NCBI GenBank assembly: GCA_963805085.1
Contig: CAWDTA010000005.1
Span: 448,001-512,000, forward strand
Origin: an uncultured Veillonellaceae bacterium
GTDB taxonomy: Bacteria; Bacillota; Negativicutes; JARBTT01
Length of the DNA stretch: 64,000 nt
Direction of reading: 5' to 3'
Shown: positions 50,231 through 59,651 of the stretch, one piece after another
Layout: each line of letters begins with the position of its first letter
How positions within the stretch are numbered: the first letter of the stretch is position 1
Position numbers and translations under genes: made by a program
Notes under the pieces: generated by a model
Databases searched by the model: none
Told to the model about the DNA's origin: nothing
The model's input: the letters and a program-made list of their open reading frames with translations, nothing else

Positions 50231-50260
50231 AAAGAGCGTCATCATTCCTGATGACGCTCT
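50231..50260. terminator. intrinsic terminator
   Basis: AGAGCGTCATCA-TTCC-TGATGACGCTCT. Confidence 0.8.
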
Positions 50261-50304
50261 GATGAAATTATGTATTATTAATTTTCTTCCAAATAAAAAC
50301 TAGA

Positions 50305-50658
50305 TTAATCTCCAATTGGATCTTGAATTAAAGTAGCAACAACAAAATCGTGCTGATGACCATCAACTCTAGTGGTCGTTCCACTTACAAAATGCACGTG
50401 TTTTCCATCGCCAACAGGAGTTTCTAGCTCTGAACGAACGCAAATTTCATGAAAGTGGTCTTCATAAAAGTCTGTTCTTGTTTTTATCTCGTGTACGTGG
50501 TGATACCTTTCTATTGGGATGGCTGGGCCTGAAATCGCTGCAAAACGATGGTTATGAAAGTCTTCAGCATCTTCCTATGGCACGACTTTGACGCTTCCTA
50601 ATACTTCATGCACATGAAACTGCTGTTCTTCACAGTAACTTTTGGTATTTTCCTCCAT
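50305..50658 (-). pseudogene. YmaF-family His-rich spore protein with an in-frame TAG
   Basis: GGGAG RBS, MEEN...HVHEVLGSVKVVP*EDAEDFHNHRFA.ISG.AIP...HVHEI.T.TDFYEDHFHEI...GKHVHF.SG.T..VDGH.H.F..ATLI.DPI; TAG at 50575-50577 is codon 28. Confidence 0.88.
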
Positions 50659-50866
50659 TAATACACTCCCTTTTCTGCTAGTATGTTTTTATTTTATGTA
50701 CCTAAAATAAAGATATTACTTTAAAGTATGTGAGCTCTGCAAATTTTTTTCATGAATCGGTAGACCACATGAGAAGTAACTTTATTTTTAAAGTAAATAT
50801 CCCTAGCGACTCAATCTTGACCAATAAAATACAGTTTCGTATCTATATCATTGAAAGGTGTGGATC

Positions 50867-51979
50867 ATGATGAAATCAGTTTATCTAAAAAAAGAAGAAT
50901 GTTGTGGGTGTAGCGCTTGTTATAGCATCTGCCCAACACAGGCAATTACCATGGAGCCGGATGAGGAAGGCTTTTTATATCCGAAAATTGATCAATCACG
51001 GTGTATTGATTGCCATAAATGTACCATGATCTGTCCATTCACCTATGACGGCAATTATAAAGAACTTACTACCCCACACTTTTATGCAGCACGCCATAAA
51101 GTGCTGGAGGTTTTACAAAAATCAACATCGGGCGGTGCCTTTACCGCTATTTCTGATGTGCTTCTCAGACAAGGTGGTGTCATCTATGGAGCCGATTATG
51201 ACCAAGAGTTTCATGTTCTGCATAAGCGAGCAGAAACCTACGCCCAGCGGGATCGGATGCGGATTTCTAAATATGTACAAAGTGATATGCGCGACACCTA
51301 TGCTCAAATTAAAGCAGACTTAGGTAGTGGGAAAAAGGTACTTTTCACTGGAACTCCATGTCAGGCAGCGGGACTCCGCGGCTTTATAGGCAATTCACCG
51401 CTTTCGGACAATCTGTATACATGTGATTTAATTTGCCATAGTATCCCGAGTCCACTCATTTGGGAAGATTATAAACGTTTGCTCGAAAAAGAAAATGGTG
51501 GAAAGATTACCAACGTACAATTTCGTTCCAAGAAATACGGTTGGCGAAAAAACGGTAATAAGGGATTTCTTTTTTCTACAGATAAAAGCCCCGAACTCCT
51601 CGAAGATGACCGCTTTTACGAGTTGTTTTTTCTAGTACGTGCCATCACACGTCCTTCTTGCTCACAGTGCCGTTTTACCGACATTCAACGTGCTTCCGAT
51701 TTGACCATTGCCGATTATTGGGGAATTGAAAAATATAGCGCAGAATGCTTTGATCCTCTTGGTGTTTCACTAATCATGGTGAATTCTCCTAAAGGAAGAG
51801 AGCTCTTTGAAGAGTGTCGACAAGATTTGATTGTAGAAGAACGTCCACAAGAAGAATCTCTTAACGAGCAAAGAAGGCTTAAAAAACCGTCACGCCTTCT
51901 TGAAAATCGTAGTACTTTTTGGTCAGATTACAAACAGTTCGGCTTGTCCTATGTATTGGAGAAGTATATAGAAAACTAG
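50867..51979 (+). CDS. 4Fe-4S / coenzyme F420-dehydrogenase beta-subunit-like protein
   Basis: CCGCSAC...CP, CIDCHKC...CP, STSGGAF, SKYVQS, GTPCQ, DLICH, RPSC..C, DLT.AD.WG. Confidence 0.88.
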   Translation: MMKSVYLKKEECCGCSACYSICPTQAITMEPDEEGFLYPKIDQSRCIDCHKCTMICPFTYDGNYKELTTPHFYAARHKVLEVLQKSTSGGAFTAISDVLLRQGGVIYGADYDQEFHVLHKRAETYAQRDRMRISKYVQSDMRDTYAQIKADLGSGKKVLFTGTPCQAAGLRGFIGNSPLSDNLYTCDLICHSIPSPLIWEDYKRLLEKENGGKITNVQFRSKKYGWRKNGNKGFLFSTDKSPELLEDDRFYELFFLVRAITRPSCSQCRFTDIQRASDLTIADYWGIEKYSAECFDPLGVSLIMVNSPKGRELFEECRQDLIVEERPQEESLNEQRRLKKPSRLLENRSTFWSDYKQFGLSYVLEKYIEN

Positions 51980-52017
51980 TAGAATTCATGGGTTCAATAT
52001 ATATAGATATTGGATTG

Positions 52018-52086
52018 ATTTCATGCAAGCACTGAAATATTCAAAGAAGCAGTAAAGAAAACACCGCGGTGGGTTTAAGAAAAAAG
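52018..52086 (+). repeat. direct repeat copy 1 (probable gene 3'-end scar)
   Basis: ATTTCATG...CACTGAAATATTCAAAGAAGCAGTAAAGAAAA; second copy at 52551. Confidence 0.75.
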
Positions 52087-52157
52087 CGATAAGCTAAATT
52101 TTATAAAGAAGAAATTTGTTGCGTGTGGTGTAACTTGTTTAATGGGAGGCTATAAAA

Positions 52158-52517
52158 TTGGGCACTTATGATAAAGATTTTTGGCAAGCATTAGATATGA
52201 TGTTAGAGAAATCTAAGTTGGTGATTGATCGACCGCAAGGAACTTGCCACCCGAAATATTCCAATATGAAGTATTTAGTCGATTATGGGTATTTACAAGG
52301 TACAGCATCAATGGATGGTGCTGGTATTGATGTTTGGCGAGGTAGTGATAAAGCTGGAAAGATTAACGCGGTGATGTGCATAGTTGATTTGATCAAGAAT
52401 GACTCAGAAATTAAGCTGTTATTAGATTGTACAGAAGAAGAAAAAAATAGTATTTATCATTTTCATAATCAAAGCAAGTATATGAAGGGGATTTTGATTA
52501 ATAGAGAGGTATTGTGA
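52158..52517 (+). CDS. small inorganic-pyrophosphatase-like protein
   Basis: IDRP.G..HP.Y....Y.VDYGYL.GT...DG.GIDVW.G, D.E.KL. Confidence 0.8.
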   Translation: MGTYDKDFWQALDMMLEKSKLVIDRPQGTCHPKYSNMKYLVDYGYLQGTASMDGAGIDVWRGSDKAGKINAVMCIVDLIKNDSEIKLLLDCTEEEKNSIYHFHNQSKYMKGILINREVL

Positions 52518-52550
52518 GACAAAATATTATTTTTACGATAAATAATCAAT

Positions 52551-52620
52551 ATTTCATGTAGACACTGAAATATTCAAACGAAGCAGTAAAGAAAATGGCG
52601 CAGTGTTTTTAGAAGAAAAA
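52551..52620 (+). repeat. direct repeat copy 2
   Basis: ATTTCATG...CACTGAAATATTCAAACGAAGCAGTAAAGAAAA. Confidence 0.75.
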
Positions 52621-52652
52621 GAAATAGGAGCAATAGTAAGGAGTAAAAGTAG

Positions 52653-53291
52653 ATGACTGAACAAAATGAATGCGAATCAGAGAGAGTTATCTCAACTACC
52701 GTAGATAGTTCTCTTACGATTAAACGACTATTTATCGTATGGCTGAAAATTGGTTTCACCTCGTTTGGGGGTGGAGCTATAACGCAATATCTTATTCAAG
52801 AGCACTTTATTTATAAGCGCAATTGGATAACTGCTGAAGAGTATGCTAACATCATAGGAATGTGCCAAATAACACCGGGTATTAACATCCTTGCATACAC
52901 CATCCTTATCGGTAAGCGCCTCGCTGGATGGCGGGGAATATTTGTCTCCTTGATGGGGCTTATCCTACCTAGTGCGGGAATTACCATTGGAATATCCGCA
53001 ATCTACGCCAGCATCAGTGAACTTCCCAAGGTACAATCTGCTTTGCGTGCAGTGTTTGCCGCTATCTTTGGTATCTCACTGGCCACTAACTGGCGAAACG
53101 CTAAACCTATCTTAGTAAGTAATTGTAAACGCGGATCATTGGCTCTTTTTGTTACAATAGCAATCATGATAGGGAGTGCTATGATTTACATATTTTTAAA
53201 TCCGCCAGTAATAGTCTTATATCTTTTGGGTGGACTATGTGGTGCACTCACTTATTGGTATGTTGCCAATAAGGCGCGGGAGGAGAAGTAG
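52653..53291 (+). CDS. short-chain chromate transporter (ChrA family), subunit 1
   Basis: KIGFTSFGGG, W.T.EEY, QITPG, G.R.AG..G. Confidence 0.9.
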   Translation: MTEQNECESERVISTTVDSSLTIKRLFIVWLKIGFTSFGGGAITQYLIQEHFIYKRNWITAEEYANIIGMCQITPGINILAYTILIGKRLAGWRGIFVSLMGLILPSAGITIGISAIYASISELPKVQSALRAVFAAIFGISLATNWRNAKPILVSNCKRGSLALFVTIAIMIGSAMIYIFLNPPVIVLYLLGGLCGALTYWYVANKAREEK

Positions 53292-53798
53292 ATGGATTGG
53301 ATTATATTCTTTTGGGTTGTTTTAAAGTCGATTCTGTTTTCGACGGGCGGATTTGGGCCTTTACCTAGTTTACACAATGATTTTATATCGAATGGATGGG
53401 CGAGTGAAAAACAATTCACCGAATCATTATCAATCGGACAGATTACCCCAGGACCAAATGGACTCTGGGTCGTAAGCCTATGTTATCTAGTTGCGGGATT
53501 ACCGGGAGCATTGCTAGCATGTATTGCACTGATATTGCCCCCATTATTAATTTTGATTGTGCAACGTTGCCATGCACGTATTGCCAATCATCCGGCAACA
53601 CAAGGTTTACTTGATGGGGTCGTGCTGGTCATCGTTAGTTTCAGTGTAATCGTTTTGGTTCAAATGTTTCATAGTAACGGGATTGATATAAGCATGCTGG
53701 CAATTGCCGTTATAAGTGCAGTCCTTGCAATATCAAGGCGCGTATCGGCCAACGTTATACTGGTGTTTGCCGCTGTGATCGGCTTGGTTTCGGGTTGA
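53292..53798 (+). CDS. short-chain chromate transporter (ChrA family), subunit 2
   Basis: FSTGG, QF....IGQITPGP; starts immediately after the subunit 1 stop. Confidence 0.9.
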   Translation: MDWIIFFWVVLKSILFSTGGFGPLPSLHNDFISNGWASEKQFTESLSIGQITPGPNGLWVVSLCYLVAGLPGALLACIALILPPLLILIVQRCHARIANHPATQGLLDGVVLVIVSFSVIVLVQMFHSNGIDISMLAIAVISAVLAISRRVSANVILVFAAVIGLVSG

Positions 53799-53968
53799 AC
53801 TTTGCATCAATTTTACAGAAAGATTATTTTTTATGGTCAAATATAAGAGCAATGAAAAAATAGTGAATATGAGAAAACTGAGATAAGAAGTAGAGCGATA
53901 TTGTCTAAATCGAGTAATAGGAAGGAATATAATGAGGGCATACAGAAATTATAAAGATGCATTGTCTT

Positions 53969-55060
53969 TTAAAGTGATTTAGAAAACTTTACGACCTCTA
54001 CAATAGAAGAGGGAGGAGTTCGATTTAAATCCAATAAAGAACCATCTGTTTTTTGTACAACTGGCTTCGCTGACATAAAGTATCCAAAACGCAGTACTTT
54101 GGCTTGTGAATGATCACTTAATAAAACGGTGGAGCCTACTAAACTGTCTAGGGCATATTGAATAAACTGTTTGCAATATTTGAGGTCAAAGTGCGTGAAG
54201 AGCTGCTTGATTAAGACATCTAATGCAGTAAATGGTGTGACACTTTTTTTGTAGACGCGATTTGAGGTTAAGCCATCGTACACATCGGCAATAGCAATGA
54301 TTTTGCCGAAGGGATGGATGTGGTGTTTGGAAAGACCAGCAGGATAACCACTACCATTTACGCGCTCATGGTGTTGCATAACGCCATATTTAATTGCAGG
54401 TGAAATTTTTGGGATGTTTTTTACCATGTAGTAGCTATGCAATGGGTGAAGTTTTAGTATATCCATCTCGTCTGTGGTTGGTTTACTTGGCTTGTCCAAA
54501 ATCGAACTTGGAATTTGTGATTTGCCAATGTCGTGCATGACACCCGCCAAGATCAAAGACTGGACAACCTGTTCTCCAAAACCGCATAATCGCCCAATCA
54601 GTCCGGCAATAATGCCGACATCTACCGCATGAAGATAGGTATAATCAATCGTGGATTTTAACCGATACAAATTAGCTAAGACGTTTTTCTCACAAATTAA
54701 TTGATATAAATCTTGATATGCCAATTGATGAAAGGTATGATAGGGTACTTGTTCGCTATTTCTCATGTACTCAAATATAGTACTAGCTAAAGTTGCCGCT
54801 TGGCTGTACTTTTCGAAAAAATCGAGAGAGTCTCTAGATTGAGTCTGAGAGCAGGGGCAGCCCTGACGTTCAAAAATTGTTTCCGATGGTGTGGAACGAA
54901 CATAAACAGAATTAATTTTCCACTTTTTCAGTAAATTAATCATGTGGCTAGTTAATTCAGTATTCTCTTGCAAAATGATTTTGTTATCACTGGATAGCAA
55001 TGGTTTCGCTGTAAATATTCCGGGGCGGATTGCATCTAGGTCAAGAACTGCATTTTCCAC
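53969..55060 (-). CDS. HD-GYP domain phosphodiesterase
   Basis: TYLH, MHDIGK, HHERVNGSGYP.GL, IADVYD.LTS.RVYK. Confidence 0.93.
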   Translation of the reverse strand: MENAVLDLDAIRPGIFTAKPLLSSDNKIILQENTELTSHMINLLKKWKINSVYVRSTPSETIFERQGCPCSQTQSRDSLDFFEKYSQAATLASTIFEYMRNSEQVPYHTFHQLAYQDLYQLICEKNVLANLYRLKSTIDYTYLHAVDVGIIAGLIGRLCGFGEQVVQSLILAGVMHDIGKSQIPSSILDKPSKPTTDEMDILKLHPLHSYYMVKNIPKISPAIKYGVMQHHERVNGSGYPAGLSKHHIHPFGKIIAIADVYDGLTSNRVYKKSVTPFTALDVLIKQLFTHFDLKYCKQFIQYALDSLVGSTVLLSDHSQAKVLRFGYFMSAKPVVQKTDGSLLDLNRTPPSSIVEVVKFSKSL

Positions 55061-55186
55061 AGAGGATCACCTCGTATATCTGTAGTTAAATTTGTAAACT
55101 TTATTATTTGTGTAAATTCATTATAGCTCCTATAAGAACTATAGTCAAGGGAAATAGCACCTAATAAATCTATGTGGAGGATATAT

Positions 55187-55597
55187 ATGCTTAATAATGA
55201 TGCTGAAATTGAATATACCAATATCGGAAAGAGATTGCGCGAAGTACGTGGGAAATTATCACAGACAGCATTTGGAGAGCCAGTGGGATATAAATATAGT
55301 TATGTTAAAGACTGTGAACACGGGAAAAAACCTAGTTTAGAATATTTATTTAAGGTCTCTAATTATTATAGCGTTTCTTTAGATTGGTTGATAAAAGGAA
55401 TAGTGTCTATAAGAGCTAATGGGATTGGTGTTGATACTGAATTAGAAGAAATGTATGATGTTCTTAAAATTTTGATGCAAAACTCTGACACTAATTTGCG
55501 TGGATGGGCAATTGTGCAATTTCGTAAAGCGTTCGTAGAATATTTTCCTGTGGAAGATGGGAAATTTGATGATTTGAAAAATGAAGATAAGAAATAA
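55187..55597 (+). CDS. XRE-family HTH regulator
   Basis: IGKRLREVRG.LSQ..F...G.....V...E.G.KPS, VSLDWLIKG; ATG at 55187 after GGAGG. Confidence 0.88.
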   Translation: MLNNDAEIEYTNIGKRLREVRGKLSQTAFGEPVGYKYSYVKDCEHGKKPSLEYLFKVSNYYSVSLDWLIKGIVSIRANGIGVDTELEEMYDVLKILMQNSDTNLRGWAIVQFRKAFVEYFPVEDGKFDDLKNEDKK

Positions 55598-55645
55598 ACA
55601 ATAAGACTGTTTATCGTTGGAATGATAGGCAGTCTTATTGTTTAT
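55597..55645 (+). terminator. intrinsic terminator
   Basis: AACAATAAGACTGTTTATCG...TGATAGGCAGTCTTATTGTTT. Confidence 0.82.
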
Positions 55646-55770
55646 TTTTAGGATTATTTTAGAAAGAAAAATATTTACCAAATAATGTATAATTTAGCAG
55701 GTAAAAAATAAATGTTAGCGAAAGGATATAAAGTTATAATTTATTTGTTGAAATTTAGGAGGAAACCATC

Positions 55771-56598
55771 ATGAAAAAACACTTAATTACTATACTAGTT
55801 ATTGTATTTTTTTTACTTCCGACACAATACTGTTTTGCGGGTAATATTTTTGAAAATTTCAATGAAGGCTTAAGTAAAATCACAAAAAATATTCCTTCAA
55901 ATCAAAGGTCAGATACTTTAAATAAACAGTCTGTAACTACAAAACAAGCAACGCCGAATCAATTAGGCAATGCGACATTGAATGCATTATTGTGTAGGTC
56001 AGTTAGCCTTAATAGTGTGGATTTAGATATGGCAAATGATGCTTTACACCGCGGTGCTAATCCAAATTATACTGAAAGTGGATATTTTACTGGAACACCA
56101 TTTTTGGAAACAATATATCAAAGAAACTTAGAAGCGGTAAATTTATTTATTTCCTATGGTGTGGATGTCAATATGAAAATTTTTCAAAATAACGGAGACA
56201 ATACTCCTTTATATGATGCAATAAATACTGGCTCGTTTGAAATAGTAAAAACATTAGTGGAAGCTGGCGCAAATATTAACACTCCATTATCTTTACGTAT
56301 CTCAGATGGATGGACTGAAATGGTTGCATTTTCTTATAAAGACATGAATAATCAAACAAATGCGGATATTTTCGATTATTTAGTATCAAAGGGAGCTAAT
56401 GTTAATGTAAAAAATAAATATGGAATGACTCTTTTAATGTCTAGTGCTAATAATGGCAATTTAATTTTAACCCAAAAATATTTAGAGCTAGGACTTGATC
56501 CAAATAAACGTAATGATGATGGAAAAAGAGCATTAGATTTTGCAATAAAATCAGGTAATAAAGAGTTGATAAACACTTTATTACCAATTACGAATTAA
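55771..56598 (+). CDS. secreted ankyrin-repeat protein
   Basis: Signal peptide (..YCFA|G); TPL..A...G..EIVK.LVEAGAN.N repeats. Confidence 0.88.
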   Translation: MKKHLITILVIVFFLLPTQYCFAGNIFENFNEGLSKITKNIPSNQRSDTLNKQSVTTKQATPNQLGNATLNALLCRSVSLNSVDLDMANDALHRGANPNYTESGYFTGTPFLETIYQRNLEAVNLFISYGVDVNMKIFQNNGDNTPLYDAINTGSFEIVKTLVEAGANINTPLSLRISDGWTEMVAFSYKDMNNQTNADIFDYLVSKGANVNVKNKYGMTLLMSSANNGNLILTQKYLELGLDPNKRNDDGKRALDFAIKSGNKELINTLLPITN

Positions 56599-56734
56599 AA
56601 GATAAAGTTTCGCCCTATTTTATCCCATTCCACCAAATCACTAGAAACTTTCTACCTCGCCATGATAAAATAAATCATAGAACTATTTAATAGAAATTTA
56701 TCTTAATATTTATTGCTTAAAGGAGGTTTTATTC

Positions 56735-57241
56735 ATGATTAAATATATGCTTAAAGATTGGATGTTCAACAAACTTATCCCATGGTTTATAAAACACATT
56801 TGGCCTGAGATCAATAGAGCGATTAAGGTTTATGTCATCGAAAATGGTGCTAAGTTGCTAAAACTTATCATGGAACTCATCAAAGATGTGTACAATAAGT
56901 GGTCTGAAAACACAAAGCTTAAGCAAGAACATGCAAAGCGGAAGTATGAAGAAGCTTGCCTACAACTTTCTGAAGCAAAAAGCCCGGCAGATGTAGATAA
57001 ATATAAAGCGATAGCTGAAGTTTGGCGTGAGGTTTTTGAACAATATAGATACCAAAATGACCAATTGAAAGAGGAATTGGCACATGCAAAAAATATGGTG
57101 GAAGATTTATCACGAAAAATGGAAAATGATGTAGAAAAAGATGTGGATCATTTGGATGTAGATGGCATCATGAAATCAAAGGCGAGTTCATTGCCCGCGC
57201 TTCCTATGCCTTTAGGAAAGAATGAAAACGAGATCAAATGA
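56735..57241 (+). CDS. hypothetical coiled-coil protein
   Basis: AAGGAGG RBS; Trp-rich amphipathic N-terminus followed by a charged heptad region. Confidence 0.78.
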   Translation: MIKYMLKDWMFNKLIPWFIKHIWPEINRAIKVYVIENGAKLLKLIMELIKDVYNKWSENTKLKQEHAKRKYEEACLQLSEAKSPADVDKYKAIAEVWREVFEQYRYQNDQLKEELAHAKNMVEDLSRKMENDVEKDVDHLDVDGIMKSKASSLPALPMPLGKNENEIK

Positions 57242-57262
57242 TACCTGTCTTTGTTTTAAAAA

Positions 57263-57430
57263 TATCAAATCACTGAAAAATTTGCAGATTGGGATAGTAT
57301 TATATAATGCTCCAAGGAAATGAACGGAAAAAATTTATTTATTGATGAGAGAAATTGAAGAAGACATAGCTAACATGATGACGAGGATCAATGTTAGCTA
57401 TGTCTTTTGTTTTAATAAATTTTCAGAGAA
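57263..57430 (+). repeat. about 170-bp dispersed repeat R, copy 1 (gene-tail scar plus hairpin)
   Basis: Highly similar to 62694-62870; contains GACATAGCTAACAT...ATGTTAGCTATGTC. Confidence 0.9.
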
Positions 57431-57551
57431 TCGTACATTTATTTCAGTAATTTACCAGGTGCTATTTTTTGGTAGTTTTTAAATTAGCGATTAAAGTATC
57501 CTCGTTTTAATCAAACGGTTTGGCAGAAATTTTTGCGCATTTCTAGATTTT

Positions 57552-58454
57552 TTAACCAAATTGATGATAATTTAATTTAGTTTGTTCTAAAAAATTTAAA
57601 ATGGTTGGAGAAAGCCACTTGTCTTTATGATAGGCAATTTGAGTGAAAACTGGTAAGGGAGGTTGATTCCATGGAATTTCAAACAGTAGTTTTTGAGCAA
57701 TTTCATACTCGGCTGTAATACGCGGTAAAATAGTGATCCCTAACCCACTCATAACAAGTTGTTTGATAGCCTGAATATTGTTAATTCCAATAATAGATCG
57801 GGGCTGAATGTTTGCATCTTTTAGAAGGTCATCAATCATTGAACGATAGGTGCAATTTTCTTGCGTCATTATTATGGTTTCGTTTTTAAAATCATCAATA
57901 TTGACTGATGTATATGAGTTGAAGTGGTGGTCAGGTGAAGTGACCGCAACGACAGGTTCGGCGAGTAAAGTTTCAGTAATTAGATCAGGATAGCCAAGTT
58001 CGCGGGTTAAAAAAAGGGCGATATCGACTGTATTATTTTGAATATGTTCATGAATATCCTTAACAGATCCAAATTTTAAGCTAATATCAACAGTTGGATA
58101 CTTCTGTATAAAACCTTTGAGTATTAAAGGTAAACGAGCAACACTAAAAGATTCATTGGCGCCAATTATAATCTTTCCAGACAAGTTTCTCTTAGAAGAA
58201 ATTACGGAGATAGCTTCGCTAGAAAATTTCAATATATTTTCAGCATAATAGAGCAACTGTTTACCTTCTTGAGTAAGCTTAATTTTATGTCCTAGTCTTT
58301 CAAACAATTTCACATTAAACTCTTTTTCTAATAATTGAATATGTGTAGTAACGGTAGGCTGTGCATATCCTAGGAGTTTAGAAGCATGACTGAAATTACC
58401 TGTTTTCGCTATCGTAGAAAAAGTTTTTAAATGTTTAATATCTATATAAAACAC
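57552..58454 (-). CDS. LysR-family transcriptional regulator
   Basis: DIKHLKTF..IA..GNFS.AS..LGYAQPTVT.HIQ.LE. Confidence 0.93.
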   Translation of the reverse strand: MFYIDIKHLKTFSTIAKTGNFSHASKLLGYAQPTVTTHIQLLEKEFNVKLFERLGHKIKLTQEGKQLLYYAENILKFSSEAISVISSKRNLSGKIIIGANESFSVARLPLILKGFIQKYPTVDISLKFGSVKDIHEHIQNNTVDIALFLTRELGYPDLITETLLAEPVVAVTSPDHHFNSYTSVNIDDFKNETIIMTQENCTYRSMIDDLLKDANIQPRSIIGINNIQAIKQLVMSGLGITILPRITAEYEIAQKLLFEIPWNQPPLPVFTQIAYHKDKWLSPTILNFLEQTKLNYHQFG

Positions 58455-58605
58455 TCCTTTTACTGCGTATTATAATTTATAATTAAGTTTATTACAACTA
58501 TCAATTTTACAAATACTGTTTCACATAGTATATTTGATTAAAGACTATATTTATTTAATGAAATATTTACAGTAAAGGAAATAAAACGGAAAATGGAGTG
58601 ATAAA

Positions 58606-59451
58606 GTGGATAAGCAAAAGTTAATAAAAATGGCATCATACTTTGTTGAAAACTCAGAAGATAATTACATAGCAAAGCAGATTGCCATTAATGAAGATGT
58701 GGTGGGAATGAAGATTTTTGAAGAACCAATTTTTGCGTTTGGGTCTCCAGATGATCAGTATTTTACATTGTTTAAAGAACAATCTGCAATTGGAAATCAT
58801 TTTATGCATCCCAAAGAATGGTTACCACAGGCGAAAACTGTGATCTCTTTTTTCTTACCATTTAGCCAAGCTGTTAAAAAGGGCAATAATCAAGATATGT
58901 CATGGCCTTCGGAGGAATGGTTACACGGACGTATTGAAGGGCAAACTTTTTTAAATAAATTATGTATGCATTTGCAATCAGAATTGATAAATGCAGGATA
59001 TCCTAGTCTTATTCCATCCTTAGAGGAAAGATTTTGGTCTAAAGCTGGATTCAATAGCAATTCACCGCATCCAGAAGTTTCCTTTACAAGCACATGGTCT
59101 GAACGGCATGCGGCCTTTGTGTGTGGCCTTGGAACCTTTGGACTTTCTAAAGGGCTTATAACTTCAAAGGGTATAGCAGGAAGATTTGGTAGTATCATCA
59201 CATCATTATATTTGCCACCTGATAAAAGAGAGTATGAAGAAATCTATGAATATTGTTCAATGTGTGGTGCATGTATAAAAAAATGCCCGGTCAATGCAAT
59301 TTCAATAGAAAAGGGTAAAAATCACATAATTTGCTCTAAGTTTTTGAATCAAACGGCTGAAAAATATAAGCCTAGATATGGCTGTGGAAAATGCCAGGTA
59401 GGTGTACCTTGTGAGAGTAGAATCCCTAAACAATGCCTAAAAACGCTGTAA
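58606..59451 (+). CDS. epoxyqueuosine-reductase-like 4Fe-4S protein
   Basis: WSERHAAFVCGLGTFGLS, GRFGS, CSMCGAC..KCP, GCGKCQ.GVPCE. Confidence 0.85.
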   Translation: MDKQKLIKMASYFVENSEDNYIAKQIAINEDVVGMKIFEEPIFAFGSPDDQYFTLFKEQSAIGNHFMHPKEWLPQAKTVISFFLPFSQAVKKGNNQDMSWPSEEWLHGRIEGQTFLNKLCMHLQSELINAGYPSLIPSLEERFWSKAGFNSNSPHPEVSFTSTWSERHAAFVCGLGTFGLSKGLITSKGIAGRFGSIITSLYLPPDKREYEEIYEYCSMCGACIKKCPVNAISIEKGKNHIICSKFLNQTAEKYKPRYGCGKCQVGVPCESRIPKQCLKTL

Positions 59452-59456
59452 TAGTC

Positions 59457-59600
59457 TATTGATGAAAGAAATTGAAGAAGACATAGCTAACATGATGACG
59501 ATGAGGTGACCCCTATAAGTTAGACCTAAATCTAACTTATGGGGGTCAGTTCAGAGGGTCAATATTAGCTATGTCTTCTTTTTTATAAAATACCAGAGGG
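59457..59600 (+). repeat. partial copy of repeat R, interrupted by a MITE
   Basis: TATTGATGA.AGAAATTGAAGAAGACATAGCTAACATGATGACGA [insert] GAGG.TCAAT.TTAGCTATGTCTT. Confidence 0.88.
59502..59553. mobile_element. 52-bp MITE made of IS3-family-like terminal inverted repeats
   Basis: TGAGGTGACCCCTATAAGTTAGA-CCTAAA-TCTAACTTATGGGGGTCAGTTCA (20/23 match); TG...CA ends; absent from the other R copies. Confidence 0.78.
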
Positions 59601-59651
59601 ACGGACTTTATTTTAAGATAGGTTTAAAATTGAAAAGATAGAGTAAGTCTT

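Noticed and set aside
53969-55060. HD-GYP as a cGAMP-specific phosphodiesterase partnering the A20 riboswitch
   Set aside because: It keeps the RxxK (RVYK) motif usual for c-di-GMP enzymes and lies about 25 kb away
46996-59451. Calling the two QueG-like proteins queG or reductive dehalogenases
   Set aside because: Only generic family motifs are visible; there is no Tat signal or rdhB partner and no evidence of substrate
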